From the NCBI GenBank assembly GCA_019057795.1, contig JAHLWS010000053.1, forward strand, positions 1 through 64,000: a stretch of DNA of 64,000 nt. Reading direction: 5' to 3'. The DNA is from Promethearchaeota archaeon (GTDB lineage Archaea; Asgardarchaeota; Lokiarchaeia; Sigyniarchaeales; SOKP01). Made by a program: the position numbers and the translations under genes. Numbering within the stretch: position 1 is the first letter of the stretch; each line of letters begins with the position of its first letter. Shown here in pieces: positions 47,946-58,470 of this stretch. The notes beneath the pieces were generated by a model. The model ran no database searches and was not told where the DNA came from. It worked only from the letters and a program-made list of their open reading frames with translations.

Positions 47946-49679
47946 CTATCCAAACAAACCTTTGCTTTTTTTATAGAGTCCGACGATTTTCATGGCGGAT
48001 GGCGTTTCAAAGGCGATTTCCACATCGATAACGGCTGGTTTTTTAGAATCTATAGCTCGTTGTAAGGCTGGTTTAATATCATCTGGTTTAAGAACTTTTT
48101 CCCCATAGCAACCAAAACTCTTGGCGATTTCAGCGTATTTGATCGGCGGAAAATCAACATCACAATATCGCTTGTTTAAATTCCCTTTTTGTCCGCTTTT
48201 AATCATACCCCAACAGCCATTGTTAGCTATCACGATAATTATAGGTAGGTTTAATCTGACCGCAGTTTCTAGTTCTTGTATATTGAACATAAAACTGCCA
48301 TCTCCAGTTAGACAGACGACCATCTTATCCGGTTTAGCCATTTTAACTCCAATTGCATAAGGTATGCCTACGCCGAGATGTCCCATTGAAATTGGATAAA
48401 ATGTAGATCGAGGACTACGATGTTTGTAGTTGATATATTTGTACGAAAATACTACGATGTCGCCACCATCAAGAACAATCTGAGTATCAGGGCTGATGAA
48501 GTCAAACAATTCATATACCAACCTTTCGGGTTTCATAGGTAATTTGGTAGATTTTAACATTTTTGGAATTAATTGAGCATCGTTTTTGCGTATTTCTTGT
48601 AAGTAATCATTCCATTCGGACCACTCGGAAACTTTTTGTTTTGGAAGGTTCTTTTCCATTTCGTTTAATAATTGGTTAATGACGGCCTTACAATCTCCAA
48701 TAATATTAACTTCCGGAAACCTATTTTTTCCAATTTCGTTTGGATCAATGTCGACTTGGATGATTTTTTGAGCTTGATTCCAGATAGGAGGGGCACCGTA
48801 AAGAATTGAATAATCCCACTTACACCCCAGAGACAATATAACATCAGATTCAGATGCTGCAGTACGATAAGCGTTCGAAATTAAATAAGAATCCAAGAAA
48901 GTTTTATTATCATTTCCCATTGAGCCAATGCCGTTAATTGTTGTCCCAGTTGGAATCATATAGGCTTGCGATAACTTTTTTAACTCTTCGGAGGCTTCGG
49001 AGGCAATTAAGCCTCCACCAGCTATTATTAATGGTTTATTGGCAGTTTTTAAAACTTCAACGGCTTTACTAATTTCTTCTGGGTGCCCGTAGGGCCTGTG
49101 AATTGGTCTATATTCTTTTGGTTCCCTAATATTTTTAATATCTTCTTCAGTTGCAGCTCTAACTAAAGCAGTTTCTCTAAGTTCAAGGAAAACGGGTCCT
49201 CGTCTTCCCGAAAGTGCAATTTTCATAGCTCTCTGGACGGCGTGAGGGATTTCGTTTGGTTCTTCTACTTGAATTTGTGCTTTAGTGATTGGTCTCATTA
49301 AAGCGAGCTGATCGATACCTCCTTGTAGTATACCTGTATCTTCAAACATACGCCCAATTTGCGCGCCAATTACTAACATCGGAATCGAGTCTGCGTTAGC
49401 TGCGGCCACAGCTGGAACTAAGTGAGTTACACCAGGCCCAAGAGTCCCCATACAGACGCCAATCTCCCCCGTTGCTCGTGCCCACACATCTGCCGCGTGT
49501 CCTCCGGCTTGTTCGTGGCGCACCATAACTGTGTCTATACCTTCTTCGCGCCCCCATCGTTCTACGGCGTCATAAATTCTCAACAGTTCTCCGCCAACGA
49601 TACCGAAGATTTTGGTAACGCCTTCCTTCAATAAGCATTTAACCAGTAAATCTCCGCCATTTAATATTTGTTTTGACAT
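47946..49679 (-). CDS. ThDP-dependent enzyme, acetolactate synthase / 2-hydroxyacyl-CoA lyase-like
   Basis: RHEQ, TLGPG, GPV, GDGSF...NNGCWG. Confidence 0.92.
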   Translation of the reverse strand: MSKQILNGGDLLVKCLLKEGVTKIFGIVGGELLRIYDAVERWGREEGIDTVMVRHEQAGGHAADVWARATGEIGVCMGTLGPGVTHLVPAVAAANADSIPMLVIGAQIGRMFEDTGILQGGIDQLALMRPITKAQIQVEEPNEIPHAVQRAMKIALSGRRGPVFLELRETALVRAATEEDIKNIREPKEYRPIHRPYGHPEEISKAVEVLKTANKPLIIAGGGLIASEASEELKKLSQAYMIPTGTTINGIGSMGNDNKTFLDSYLISNAYRTAASESDVILSLGCKWDYSILYGAPPIWNQAQKIIQVDIDPNEIGKNRFPEVNIIGDCKAVINQLLNEMEKNLPKQKVSEWSEWNDYLQEIRKNDAQLIPKMLKSTKLPMKPERLVYELFDFISPDTQIVLDGGDIVVFSYKYINYKHRSPRSTFYPISMGHLGVGIPYAIGVKMAKPDKMVVCLTGDGSFMFNIQELETAVRLNLPIIIVIANNGCWGMIKSGQKGNLNKRYCDVDFPPIKYAEIAKSFGCYGEKVLKPDDIKPALQRAIDSKKPAVIDVEIAFETPSAMKIVGLYKKSKGLFG

Positions 49680-49749
49680 AAATAAACATTATTAAAAATA
49701 AGAATTAAATATTGCTATATGTCAAATTAAACATAATTGAACGAAAGTT

Positions 49750-50193
49750 TCAAAAAGAGATTAATTCTAAATAGAAGCCAAGAGTTTTTTTGGTGTCTAA
49801 ATAATCGAATTTCACTTTTCCAGCTTTTCCGGTTTGGATAACATCGATGTTATATTGGTTTTTAAAATATTCAATTAATTCATCCGCGTTCTTGGTGTAA
49901 GCGCCGAGGTGATGTAGCCCCTCGTTACCTTCTTTAATAAAGTCTAAATAAAGGTGGTCTCCGTTTGAATCTAATATTTCTACGATTTCGAATTGCTTTC
50001 CTCCGAAGTTCTGCATCACCTTTTTCATTTGAAATGTAACTTCCTTTCCTTCATATAAGACTGTAGAACTCTGTTCGACGATGTTTAGTTTAGTTTTAAA
50101 ATCCATGACGCCACCGAATATTTTAGCAGCGCTTTCGATATCTTTTACGACTATTCCAATTTGGTCGAACTTTTCAAGCTTTATTTCAGACAT
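49750..50193 (-). CDS. VOC/glyoxalase family protein (methylmalonyl-CoA epimerase-like)
   Basis: DQIGIVVKDIE, FEIVE, EGLHHLG, YLELI. Confidence 0.88.
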   Translation of the reverse strand: MSEIKLEKFDQIGIVVKDIESAAKIFGGVMDFKTKLNIVEQSSTVLYEGKEVTFQMKKVMQNFGGKQFEIVEILDSNGDHLYLDFIKEGNEGLHHLGAYTKNADELIEYFKNQYNIDVIQTGKAGKVKFDYLDTKKTLGFYLELISF

Positions 50194-50266
50194 TTAATCT
50201 CACTTGTTTTCTAACTTTTTTTATTTAATCAATTTAATTATTTTATCTATTTATTTATTTATTTAT

Positions 50267-51565
50267 TTATTTAATGCTTTCGGCAAAATCTAAAGTCCCA
50301 GTTGGTTTTTGGAGCAGGAATTCACCCTTGAGAATCATCAATTTTAGTTCTTCTGCTAATTTAATTGCTCCGAATCTATCCGATTGTCTTAAAACGATTG
50401 GAATTTCGTTTCCTTCGAACTCAATCGATTTTAGGTCCAACTTAAAAGCGTCGGGACACAATCGAACGCATGTACCGCAATTAAAGCACCTAGTCCTATC
50501 AATTGCTGAGATAACTCCGTCTTTTATGATGAACGCGTTTGTCGGGCAGTAATCGATAGTTTTGCATTCTTCGCAATCTTCACACGCTTTAGAATCGAAC
50601 TTCATGAAGAAATTGTTATCCCAAACATTGGCGTAGGTGATTTCTCCCACTTTTTCTCTTCCGACAAGGCTTAAAATAGTTAAATTAACATCTTTATCCG
50701 ATTTTATTATGTTATCGAATATTTCTTCGTTGAGAATTGGAATTGGCAAGGCTATGCTACAGATAGGCTCTAGGCCGTCCGATGTTTTAAACGCACCCAT
50801 GTATTCTGGCTTCATTTGAATCATTGGAGCTATAGTCATCATGTTTGGTTTTGCGACATAGTTACGAGTTCCAGGACCAATAAGGTAACCCATGCTACCG
50901 TTAACTAAGAGCGGCGAACCTACACCGAAGGACTGAAATTTTGGGTCGTTTTGAAATGGATTTAAAGCGCCACATCCAGAAAAGGTAAGTTCTGTTTTAT
51001 TTGCTTCAAAAGGAAGGCAAGAAAATATGGTATCAACTTTATAAGATTCACAATTAAGCATTGCGTTGTAATTTTTTATAGCTTGCCTTGTGCCTATTAA
51101 CTTTGCATATTGCATTTCTTCTAAAGTCATTACTTTTTCGACTTTTTCTCCTTCGCTACTTTTTGCTACGATTTCTACCGTTTTCCCTTCGACGAGTTCT
51201 CTAAAAAGAGAGCCTCCACAATAGCTATCTCTGTCTTGACTTTGAGCAGTCCCATATACTATCAAATCGGCAATACCTAGATACTCGTTCGGGCACGGTC
51301 CTGGAAACGCAGGAATTCCATTTATAGAAATCTCAGTAAATTTTCTTAATGTTTTAGGTGCGACCAGCCTGAACGAAAAAACCCCCATAATTCCGCTCAT
51401 TAGACCTTTAGTGGCCGTAGTAATCACATCTATGTCTTCAAATTTAATGTGCTCGCCGTTATCTAAACGATTGATAAATTCCTGAACTGTGACAATGTTT
51501 GCAGTTCCGGTATTAATCTTCCTTCTTATATCAGAAAGCTTTCTTTTCTTAGGCAATAGAACCAC
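50267..51565 (-). CDS. DUF39 protein with C-terminal 4Fe-4S ferredoxin (methanogenesis marker 16-like)
   Basis: DVITTAT..MSG, GPCPNE, SGCGALNP, GTR; CEDCEEC...CP and CFNCGTCVRLCP. Confidence 0.8.
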   Translation of the reverse strand: MVLLPKKRKLSDIRRKINTGTANIVTVQEFINRLDNGEHIKFEDIDVITTATKGLMSGIMGVFSFRLVAPKTLRKFTEISINGIPAFPGPCPNEYLGIADLIVYGTAQSQDRDSYCGGSLFRELVEGKTVEIVAKSSEGEKVEKVMTLEEMQYAKLIGTRQAIKNYNAMLNCESYKVDTIFSCLPFEANKTELTFSGCGALNPFQNDPKFQSFGVGSPLLVNGSMGYLIGPGTRNYVAKPNMMTIAPMIQMKPEYMGAFKTSDGLEPICSIALPIPILNEEIFDNIIKSDKDVNLTILSLVGREKVGEITYANVWDNNFFMKFDSKACEDCEECKTIDYCPTNAFIIKDGVISAIDRTRCFNCGTCVRLCPDAFKLDLKSIEFEGNEIPIVLRQSDRFGAIKLAEELKLMILKGEFLLQKPTGTLDFAESIK

Positions 51566-51692
51566 TCATAATATAAAACGCTTTATCATGTAAAATATTT
51601 ATCTTAATAAAATTTTTTTTATTTAAAAAATACTTTAAATTCTTAAAAAGCTACATTAAATTCGAAATCTTAAAATAGAGGTTTAATTCTAA

Positions 51693-52418
51693 TTGTCTTA
51701 CTTTGAATCTAGGTTAAAAATAAATATAAACGATTTCGCCGAGATTGAAAGAAAATTAAAATTCTGTCAAGAATTACGGATAACCAATTTAATTTTAGAA
51801 CCAAAAAATGACATCTTAAAGCTCAATTCAGAGTTTAAGCAGCGAATTAGTAAAATTTCGACTCTGAACCTCTACTATCGCATTAATTTGAGGCCAAATA
51901 GCCTAAACGACCTAAAAAAACGAATACAACCTTACAATAATTTCTCAGATATTATTTCGGTGGAATCTATGGATAAAAACATTCAAATTCAAGCTGCTAA
52001 AGATTCTCGAGTGGATATAATCTCATTTTCAGACCAAAATATAATCAAGACAATTTCTCCAGGAATTATTTCCCTTACAAAACAAAACAAGTCTTTCATA
52101 GAATTTTCGCTAGCACCAATAATGACGAGAAATCAAGCAGTTCAATCAAGGTACTTAAGGAGTTTATATCGTGCAGTTCAATTAGCAATGCAATTAAAAG
52201 TTAACTACATTATAAGTGGAAACTTTGACGACCTCTTCAAACTAAGACATCCTAGGGCTTTAATTAGCGTTTGTCATACATTGTTGAGCATGCCTTTATT
52301 GAGCGCCAAGAAAGCTTTTTCTGAAAATGTGATAACCTTAATAAATCGCGTACATGCTCGTCAAGACAAGAACATCATCGAATCTGGTGTAAAGTTATTA
52401 AACGAGGGTGAGCTGTAG
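51693..52418 (+). CDS. rnp3: RNase P protein Rpp30
   Basis: AAKDSRVDII, IEFSL, LRHPRAL; directly upstream of Pop5. Confidence 0.85.
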   Translation: MSYFESRLKININDFAEIERKLKFCQELRITNLILEPKNDILKLNSEFKQRISKISTLNLYYRINLRPNSLNDLKKRIQPYNNFSDIISVESMDKNIQIQAAKDSRVDIISFSDQNIIKTISPGIISLTKQNKSFIEFSLAPIMTRNQAVQSRYLRSLYRAVQLAMQLKVNYIISGNFDDLFKLRHPRALISVCHTLLSMPLLSAKKAFSENVITLINRVHARQDKNIIESGVKLLNEGEL

Positions 52419-52759
52419 TGGTAAAAAAAGAAAGAAATAGGTACATTCTATTCAAAGTAATTACAAAAGATAACTCCGATTTGGACCAAAGAGAGGTTTT
52501 AAACGCTATTTGGCAATCAATTTGGAAATATTTTGGATTGAGAGAAGCAAGTAAGGTCGGCTTATGGCTGTTAGATATAGATTTCAAGGAAGGTTTTGGC
52601 GTCATTCGGTGTTCTCATAACACGAAGGAAATAGTTATTTCGGCAATAACTCTGATTACTGAAATATCTGGCAAAAAGGTAATTCTATCTCCAATTAAGA
52701 CTTCCGGAACGATTCGTAGCATAAAGACTTTAAAAAAATTAATGGCAAATAAAGGATAA
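52418..52759 (+). CDS. rnp2: RNase P protein Pop5
   Basis: ERNRYILF, GVIRC, KTSGTIR. Confidence 0.92.
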   Translation: MVKKERNRYILFKVITKDNSDLDQREVLNAIWQSIWKYFGLREASKVGLWLLDIDFKEGFGVIRCSHNTKEIVISAITLITEISGKKVILSPIKTSGTIRSIKTLKKLMANKG

Positions 52760-52792
52760 ATTAATTAGATATAATAATCATTAAAAAAGAAA

Positions 52793-53233
52793 ATGAAAAA
52801 ACCAAGCCTTACAGTTGCCCAAATCAAAGAAATTGACGAATCTTTTAACTTAAATTTGAATATTTCATTATTACACATTAAAGAGAAACACAAATACCGT
52901 TATTTATTAATTGTCAAATCAGAAACTACCAGATTTGCAAAATTAACAATATACCCTATAAAAAAAGAAAATGTCATAAAGGTTACATTAACGGGTTTAA
53001 ACCAAATTGATGAGTATATAGAAAACTTCTCTATGAAACTTCATGAATACGAGATCATTCATTCTTCGGGGTTGGTTTTGGTGGAGGGAAAATTATTTTT
53101 TGAGTGCTACCTTAATCTTTCATTAAGTGACGAAAAATATAAAGATTTAAAAACGCTTTTGGATAAGAATAAAAATAAATTCAAAGATATAAAAATAGAA
53201 GAAATAAGTTTAGCTAAAAGTAAAGTGAATTAA
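52793..53233 (+). CDS. Hypothetical protein (possible ACT-like C-terminal domain)
   Basis: 146-aa ORF co-oriented with its neighbours; IIHSSG...FECY pattern. Confidence 0.5.
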   Translation: MKKPSLTVAQIKEIDESFNLNLNISLLHIKEKHKYRYLLIVKSETTRFAKLTIYPIKKENVIKVTLTGLNQIDEYIENFSMKLHEYEIIHSSGLVLVEGKLFFECYLNLSLSDEKYKDLKTLLDKNKNKFKDIKIEEISLAKSKVN

Positions 53234-53237
53234 TTAA

Positions 53238-53687
53238 ATGAAAACATGGAAAATTTTTCTGAAATTCTCTGATGGTACGGAAAAAGAGATAGAATTATTC
53301 GATGCTAATGTATATTTTAATGGATATTTAAAATTAAAAAGGTCTTACTTTTTAAGTTTGGTAAAAGCAATAAAGATGACTAAAAAATATACTACTGGGC
53401 ACGCGATTGAGAAAATAATTGGGCCTGATGCAAAAGAATGGACTTTAAACGCTTGGATGTTGCTTTTGATCAAAGATAACGAAAAAAAGAAGCCTTTTTG
53501 GCTTTTCATTAAAAGAGAGAAAGATTTATCTGGTCTACTAATTGCGATAGGGCCAAAAGCGTTCGCAGAATATAATAATAGCAATTTGCTTGAAGCGAAG
53601 CGTGATATAAAGCGATTAATAAATTATATTATAGCGTATTTAAACAAGTTTAATTGTAGCGTCCTACTTCCCAATTATCTCCCTTAA
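53238..53687 (+). CDS. Hypothetical protein
   Basis: 149-aa ORF starting 4 nt after the previous stop. Confidence 0.55.
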   Translation: MKTWKIFLKFSDGTEKEIELFDANVYFNGYLKLKRSYFLSLVKAIKMTKKYTTGHAIEKIIGPDAKEWTLNAWMLLLIKDNEKKKPFWLFIKREKDLSGLLIAIGPKAFAEYNNSNLLEAKRDIKRLINYIIAYLNKFNCSVLLPNYLP

Positions 53688-53834
53688 ATTGAGATTTTAC
53701 ATCATTATTATAGAGATGAATTCTTTTATTAAAATATAATGAATTATAATATTTGATTAAAATCGTTAATAATTAATTAAGTAAAGAAAAAATATTAAAT
53801 TCAATTTTAATTATCATTTTTAATAAATGCTAAA

Positions 53835-54686
53835 TTGAACAATTCAAAAAGTGGCTATAGAACTTTGAAAAAAAACACAATAAGATTATTAACTCTAATT
53901 GTCATAACTCAAATATTCCTGAGCTCTATATTTTTATTAACAAATGGCTATGGAGATCCAATCGAAATTAAAGTAGGTTTTGGAGCTGCCCCCGTTATAG
54001 ACGGGATCATTGATGGCACTACGGGTGAGTGGGATCAAGCCAAGAAGGAAAATATTAACTTATATCCCAATATAAACGTTCCAGAAAACGGATTGGCAAT
54101 TGACTTATGGGTCATACAAGAGGGTTTAAACTTATATATATTAGTACAATTTGACTTGCAAGATCATGGTTCTAGTGAATACGATAACGAGTTCATAGGA
54201 ATTTTAATTGCGGATGAAGGTTCTAGCTCTAATTTTACTGACGCTAAAATTGTTCAATATTTAAACATAAGTGAGAACACTTTTAAATATCTAGATTACC
54301 ATATTAATGATACAGAGTACGAAGAAGATATTACGTCTAATGGAGCCGGAGCAGCTAACTTAGAGGAAAATCAAATAACATATGAATTTTCAATGCCGGT
54401 TAAAGATACTGAAGATCAAGTTCAAGATGTTTATTTAAATTATATTAGGAATTATGATTTCAAAATTGTGTTCGGAAAAACAGCGCTTTACCCAGATGGA
54501 ATTATGATTTCAAATATAGTATCAATATATTTAGAATTTAAACCGGGAGGTCCTGACATCTCGTTGGGTGAAATAATAAAGACTACATCAATAATCGTTA
54601 TTTTCAGCACAATTGGCGCTCTTTATATTTTTTATATATATCGAATAACTCAACTCAAGAAAGAAATCAGAAGGATAAGGAGATAA
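53835..54686 (+). CDS. Membrane-anchored extracellular DOMON/CBM9-like protein
   Basis: N-terminal signal/TM, APVIDGIID..EW, YEFSMP, C-terminal TM with basic tail. Confidence 0.65.
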   Translation: MNNSKSGYRTLKKNTIRLLTLIVITQIFLSSIFLLTNGYGDPIEIKVGFGAAPVIDGIIDGTTGEWDQAKKENINLYPNINVPENGLAIDLWVIQEGLNLYILVQFDLQDHGSSEYDNEFIGILIADEGSSSNFTDAKIVQYLNISENTFKYLDYHINDTEYEEDITSNGAGAANLEENQITYEFSMPVKDTEDQVQDVYLNYIRNYDFKIVFGKTALYPDGIMISNIVSIYLEFKPGGPDISLGEIIKTTSIIVIFSTIGALYIFYIYRITQLKKEIRRIRR

Positions 54687-54687
54687 C

Positions 54688-55104
54688 ATGTCAAAAATTA
54701 ATAAAAATAGTGTTAAATCACAACCAACTAAAAAGAAGGAAAATATAGAAGAAAAATTCGCATACCGTTCAGTTATTCTCTCTGCGATATTTGGAGGGCT
54801 ATTTTTTACAATTTCAATTTTATTAAATGGAGAAATAATTACATTATTTCAGGGTGATAACCCATTTTTGTTAGCTTTAGATATTACTATTAAAGTTCTC
54901 GTTATTCTAATATTTAACATTTTAATCATGGTTAGTCTTGGAAATTACAAAGAATTAACGGGCAAACCAGTAGATTTTAAAATAATAGGACTGTTATTTT
55001 TCTTTTCGTTAATACAAGCATTTAGAAATTCGTTGGTTTTCTCCTTTACGTTTGGAGGTCTATTAATTATCGTTCTTTACTTGTATTTAGTTCAAGACAG
55101 CTGA
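54688..55104 (+). CDS. Small polytopic membrane protein
   Basis: About 4 hydrophobic segments. Confidence 0.6.
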   Translation: MSKINKNSVKSQPTKKKENIEEKFAYRSVILSAIFGGLFFTISILLNGEIITLFQGDNPFLLALDITIKVLVILIFNILIMVSLGNYKELTGKPVDFKIIGLLFFFSLIQAFRNSLVFSFTFGGLLIIVLYLYLVQDS

Positions 55105-55134
55105 AAGTCATTATTTAATGTTTTAAATTCAAAA

Positions 55135-55878
55135 ATGAAAAAGAATTTACTGTTTATTGGCCACAGAGGGACTAGAATAGATTATGATGAAAATACGTTA
55201 AAATCATTCGAAGTAGCGATTAAATCCGGAGCTCATTACATTGAATTTGATGTTCGGAGATTGAACGATGGAAATTTGTTAGTCTTTCATGATGCCTTCA
55301 TAGACAAGACTATAGTTGGTTCAGTGTATCTAAAAGATTTAACTTACGCTGAACTTAAAAATTATAAAACTAAAATTAGAAATGCTGAAATTCCTCTTTT
55401 AACTGAAGTGCTAGATAAACTTGCAAAAAGAACGAAATTCATGATTGAATTAAAAGAAGAAGAAATAAAAGATGATGTAATCAATATGGTGATTAAGAAG
55501 GGATTATTAAAAGATTGCGTTATTTGCGGAAGAAATTATGAATTATTAAGGATAATTAAAAAAGAATTTCCTAAATGTCAAGTTTGTTATAATATTACTA
55601 AAGGAAAGGGATTAAATTTTAAAAAATTTATAGAATTGGGGAATCAGAAGAATTTACGGTTCATACCAGACATGATAAGTTTAAAGTCAAATTTAATTAA
55701 AGCTAATTTTATAGACATTTGTCACGAAAACGGTATTAAAGCTCTTGCTTGGGACTTTATTAAATACGCTAATTCTGTTAAAATAATTAAAGATTTAATT
55801 AAACTTCAAATCGATGGGATTTTATTTGATGATCATAAAAATATTAAAATTATAAAAAAGTGGTTAAAAAGAACTTAA
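55135..55878 (+). CDS. Glycerophosphodiester phosphodiesterase
   Basis: GHRG, ENT, IEFDV, VFHD, IELK, DGILFD. Confidence 0.93.
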   Translation: MKKNLLFIGHRGTRIDYDENTLKSFEVAIKSGAHYIEFDVRRLNDGNLLVFHDAFIDKTIVGSVYLKDLTYAELKNYKTKIRNAEIPLLTEVLDKLAKRTKFMIELKEEEIKDDVINMVIKKGLLKDCVICGRNYELLRIIKKEFPKCQVCYNITKGKGLNFKKFIELGNQKNLRFIPDMISLKSNLIKANFIDICHENGIKALAWDFIKYANSVKIIKDLIKLQIDGILFDDHKNIKIIKKWLKRT

Positions 55879-57932
55879 CTTAATTTCGTTATTTTAGATG
55901 TTCCGGGAGGAAGTATAAGGATAATATCGTCTAAAGACAAAATTTTTACCCACTTTTTATTATCCACTTCAGATTTATTAAGAAAGATTGATTTCAATTC
56001 CTTTGCTAACTTTCCTTTGGTTAAACCAGATTTTGAAGGTTTAATTAGTATTGAAATGTTTGTTTTTTTTTTAATGGTGCTTGTTGGCTCGCAAATTATT
56101 TGCGGATATAATATTTTAATATTCGGATTAGCTCCGTCTTTGATTTCTATGAGCTCTAATCGAAGAGTTAACTCAGTTTTAGCGTCTTTAATTATATTCT
56201 TCTTTCCAGAAATCATAAAAGAGCCTTTAGGTAAATACTCGCCAGAAGGAGGTGTTTTCGAAATTTGATTCGCTAAAACATAAAAAACATCAACAACGCC
56301 CCAATTTTCTTTCCAAGCTATAGAAAAACTTGCTACGAAGTCAGCCGCCTCCTTAATTGAACTTTCGGGAATTTCATTATTTTCTGGATTTTTAATTATG
56401 GTTAGAGGAGAGCCCGAAAAATTTGTGTGAAAAATTAAATCGTAAGGCGTTATATATTTTTTAAATATCGTTTCGTTCGAACTCGCGTCCCTTCCGCCAA
56501 TTACTAAGAAACCATCTGAAGAAATAAACCACCTAAATTTTTCATACCATTTTTTTGTTGGTTTTTTAATTAAAAAATTCACTTCTAATTCGATTGATTC
56601 TTTTTTAAGCTTTAGTTTTTCAATGTTGTGTTTTGTTATTTCAATTGCCGGAAATGTTCCAGTTAATTTCTTTTCTGCTTTTTTACCTTTATAATAAATT
56701 AAATTTGCGTTTTCGCCAACTGTTTTATTTAAATCCAAATATACTTCGTTATTGTTAATATCAATTACAACTTGTTTGGTTGCAGGGATAATTTTAACAA
56801 AAAATGCTAACTCTTCTAAACTTTCGTTTTTAGCACTTTGTAATTTGGCGTTAATTTCATCCCAACCGTAGCCTTTAGCTTTAGCGTCTAAAATTCCGTC
56901 AAATAACTTATGCATGGCATTAAAATTGGCGTATATAAAAGCTCCATATTCGTAATACATGTCTTTTCTTATTTTGAGTTCTATAAGGTATTCTTGTTGA
57001 TTTCTTAATATTTTTTCTTGAGATTTTATTTTTTTATTTATTGATTGATCTTGTGGCGTTATTAAATTACTGGAATCTATTTTTGAAAAGTATTCGTCAA
57101 CGGCGTCATTAAAAGAATTTACTTGTTTTTTCTTATTGTTTTTAAAAAGTTCTAATTCAAAAGGGATAACTGAAATCTCTTCTTCGTTCTCATTAAAAAC
57201 AATCTGTGCATTTATTTCACCAAAAAGCAATTTATTTCTTAAATTTTTGAAAGCGTGAAATAATAAATTCAATTCTTCTTGATTTAAATCGTTGCTGTTT
57301 TTAGATTTATCAATCTTTGCCATATGACATATTTCTTCACCATATAATCCTGAAATGTTTATATTTCGTGCTAAAATTCTTACTATTTCACCCTCAAAAT
57401 TATGTATAATTTCGTTAAAATCATTTTGATTAATAGTTAGAAAATCTATTCCCCTGGATTTTGGAAATATGTATTCTCTATTAGCTAAAATATCCCTATC
57501 TCTATATTTACTGTAGCGTTTTGCTATTTTAACAAGGTTTTTATCGTCTAATACTATATAGTTTCCCTTATTGAATAATTCAATTATAAATTTCCAGGGT
57601 TTTCCCTCTATATTGCTTAATTCGAATATAATAATTCTATCAAAATTATGTTGATTGATTGCTAATATTCTTCTATTCTTTAGGAGTTTTCTTAGAGACC
57701 CGATATACTGACTCGGATATTTTGGTATTGGGTAATCGTAATTAGTAAAATTTATACGCGAATCGTTTTTAACGATTAATATTTTTTTTTCATTTAATTT
57801 AGTCTTAATTTTTAAAATTAATATATCCTCAATTTCGTAGATATTAGTAATTTTACCTTGAGTTAGAACTAAATCTAATTCTTTCGTAATAGCAAATACA
57901 TCGAAATTTGAAAATTTAATATTTTTTTTCAT
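55875..57932 (-). CDS. rqcH: NFACT/RqcH (Rqc2/NEMF homolog), ribosome quality control
   Basis: FDRII, IELFNKGN, KWYEKFRWFISSDGFLVIGGRDA, SKTPPSGEYLPKGSF. Confidence 0.93.
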   Translation of the reverse strand: MKKNIKFSNFDVFAITKELDLVLTQGKITNIYEIEDILILKIKTKLNEKKILIVKNDSRINFTNYDYPIPKYPSQYIGSLRKLLKNRRILAINQHNFDRIIIFELSNIEGKPWKFIIELFNKGNYIVLDDKNLVKIAKRYSKYRDRDILANREYIFPKSRGIDFLTINQNDFNEIIHNFEGEIVRILARNINISGLYGEEICHMAKIDKSKNSNDLNQEELNLLFHAFKNLRNKLLFGEINAQIVFNENEEEISVIPFELELFKNNKKKQVNSFNDAVDEYFSKIDSSNLITPQDQSINKKIKSQEKILRNQQEYLIELKIRKDMYYEYGAFIYANFNAMHKLFDGILDAKAKGYGWDEINAKLQSAKNESLEELAFFVKIIPATKQVVIDINNNEVYLDLNKTVGENANLIYYKGKKAEKKLTGTFPAIEITKHNIEKLKLKKESIELEVNFLIKKPTKKWYEKFRWFISSDGFLVIGGRDASSNETIFKKYITPYDLIFHTNFSGSPLTIIKNPENNEIPESSIKEAADFVASFSIAWKENWGVVDVFYVLANQISKTPPSGEYLPKGSFMISGKKNIIKDAKTELTLRLELIEIKDGANPNIKILYPQIICEPTSTIKKKTNISILIKPSKSGLTKGKLAKELKSIFLNKSEVDNKKWVKILSLDDIILILPPGTSKITKLS

Positions 57933-58044
57933 TGTATATTATAATGATTCTCTTTTTTTTTCTTTTATTAAAAAATAAAAATAAATTGAACTAAATCTAA
58001 TTTACAAAATTTTAATAAAAAAAATAATATTAATAATACTAATT

Positions 58045-58464
58045 ATGGGAAAAAAAGATAAACGACCGAAAAGGGTTAATATTAAAAAAGAAAGGCAAAG
58101 ACTTATAAAAGAGAAAAAAAAACTACTTCCAAAGCAAGATCTTCAAGTGGATAAAAAAGCGACCAAAAAGATTGATATTCGATTAGAAAAAGAGACAAGA
58201 TTATATTGGGTAAGAGCGATTTCAGGCGCTTTAAGCGGTTTAATAGGAAGAATGTTGTTTGGTTTGATTGGTTGGTGGTTGTTAATTTGGATGTTATGTT
58301 TTTGGTTTATTACGCCATTTTTTGTTAGTTTTATTGTATATAAATACGAATACGATAAAGAGGAATGGAGCTGGAAGAATATTATAAAACCAGGTATTGG
58401 AATATTTTTCTTATTATTTATGATTGTTACTGTTATTACACATACATTTTTAGCTTTTCCCTGA
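58045..58464 (+). CDS. EMC6/RAB5IF(OPTI)-like 3-TM protein
   Basis: LYWVR...GLIG...acidic loop DKEEW...GIGIFFLLFMIV; basic N-terminal tail. Confidence 0.6.
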   Translation: MGKKDKRPKRVNIKKERQRLIKEKKKLLPKQDLQVDKKATKKIDIRLEKETRLYWVRAISGALSGLIGRMLFGLIGWWLLIWMLCFWFITPFFVSFIVYKYEYDKEEWSWKNIIKPGIGIFFLLFMIVTVITHTFLAFP

Positions 58465-58470
58465 ATTGAA

